NCBI GenBank assembly: GCA_905178155.1 | Contig: CAJINV010000005.1 | Coordinates: forward strand, 6,059,974 to 6,123,973 | Reading direction: 5' to 3' | From: Amoebophrya sp. A120 | Lineage: Eukaryota > Protista > Dinoflagellata | DNA: 64,000 nt | Part shown: positions 63,746-64,000 of the stretch, in pieces | Layout: each line of letters opens with the position of its first letter | Numbering within the stretch: position 1 is the stretch's first letter | The notes under the pieces: model-generated | Told to the model about the DNA's origin: nothing | The model's input: only the letters and a program-made list of their open reading frames with translations | The model's database searches: none | Program-made: the position numbers and the translations under genes

Positions 63746-64000
63746 TATCAAATGCAAAAATGTCTGGGTCTGGAAAATTGCGACTTGTCATGCAGCTTTT
63801 CCATGACCCATGAGGTCTGGAATGCAGGACCTAGCATGACAAACAAGGTCCACGCGTGGGGACAGGGTCCCCACGCTGGGGCCTTGTGCGCACCCCTAGT
63901 GGCGCGAGTGGGAGAACATTGCTCGGCATCGCGGCGGACAGAGTCCGTCCCTCGCCTCACATCAGGCGCGCGCGCAGTGGCTTAGTTCGCAAAGCGGTAG
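63746..64000. mobile_element. Family A element, right end not seen in the window
   Basis: Left TIR tatcaaatgcaaaaatgtctgggtctggaa. Confidence 0.75.

Noticed and set aside
1-64000. Autonomous transposase gene for the elements
   Set aside because: No DDE, tyrosine-recombinase, HUH or RT motifs recognised in any ORF. All elements are under 400 bp.

Overview
Eukaryotic DNA, most likely a syndinian dinoflagellate such as Amoebophrya (inferred from the gene set, one-strand gene order and intron type). Every gene I can reconstruct is on the minus strand: a >5200-aa chorein-N (VPS13/ATG2-type) lipid-transfer protein, a U1A/U2B''-like snRNP protein, an AspH-type dioxygenase, two genes with duplicated 5' ends (one DUF3431-like), a secreted coiled-coil protein, an ERD2/KDEL-receptor-like protein, a divergent actin, an SSSCA1-like zinc-ribbon protein, RtcB and a Cys-rich mucin-like protein. 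The dominant feature is about 49 MITE-like insertions (about 10 kb, 16% of the window) in about 11 terminal-inverted-repeat (TIR) families, which I label A-K. Nearly all start TAT and end ATA, most sit between arbitrary 5-bp direct repeats, several families occur in both orientations, and they share an internal GCATNACAAA/TTTGTNATGC motif. For 42 of them I checked by hand that removing the element plus one repeat copy restores the reading frame, so they appear to act as non-GT-AG introns (introners). Introners with inverted and direct repeats have been reported in Amoebophrya (recalled, not checked here). The extra observations are internal filled/empty site pairs, orientation independence, the shared motif, a possible ~52-bp length ladder and apparent conversion to GT-AG introns. 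Coordinates were counted by hand and may be off by a base or two.
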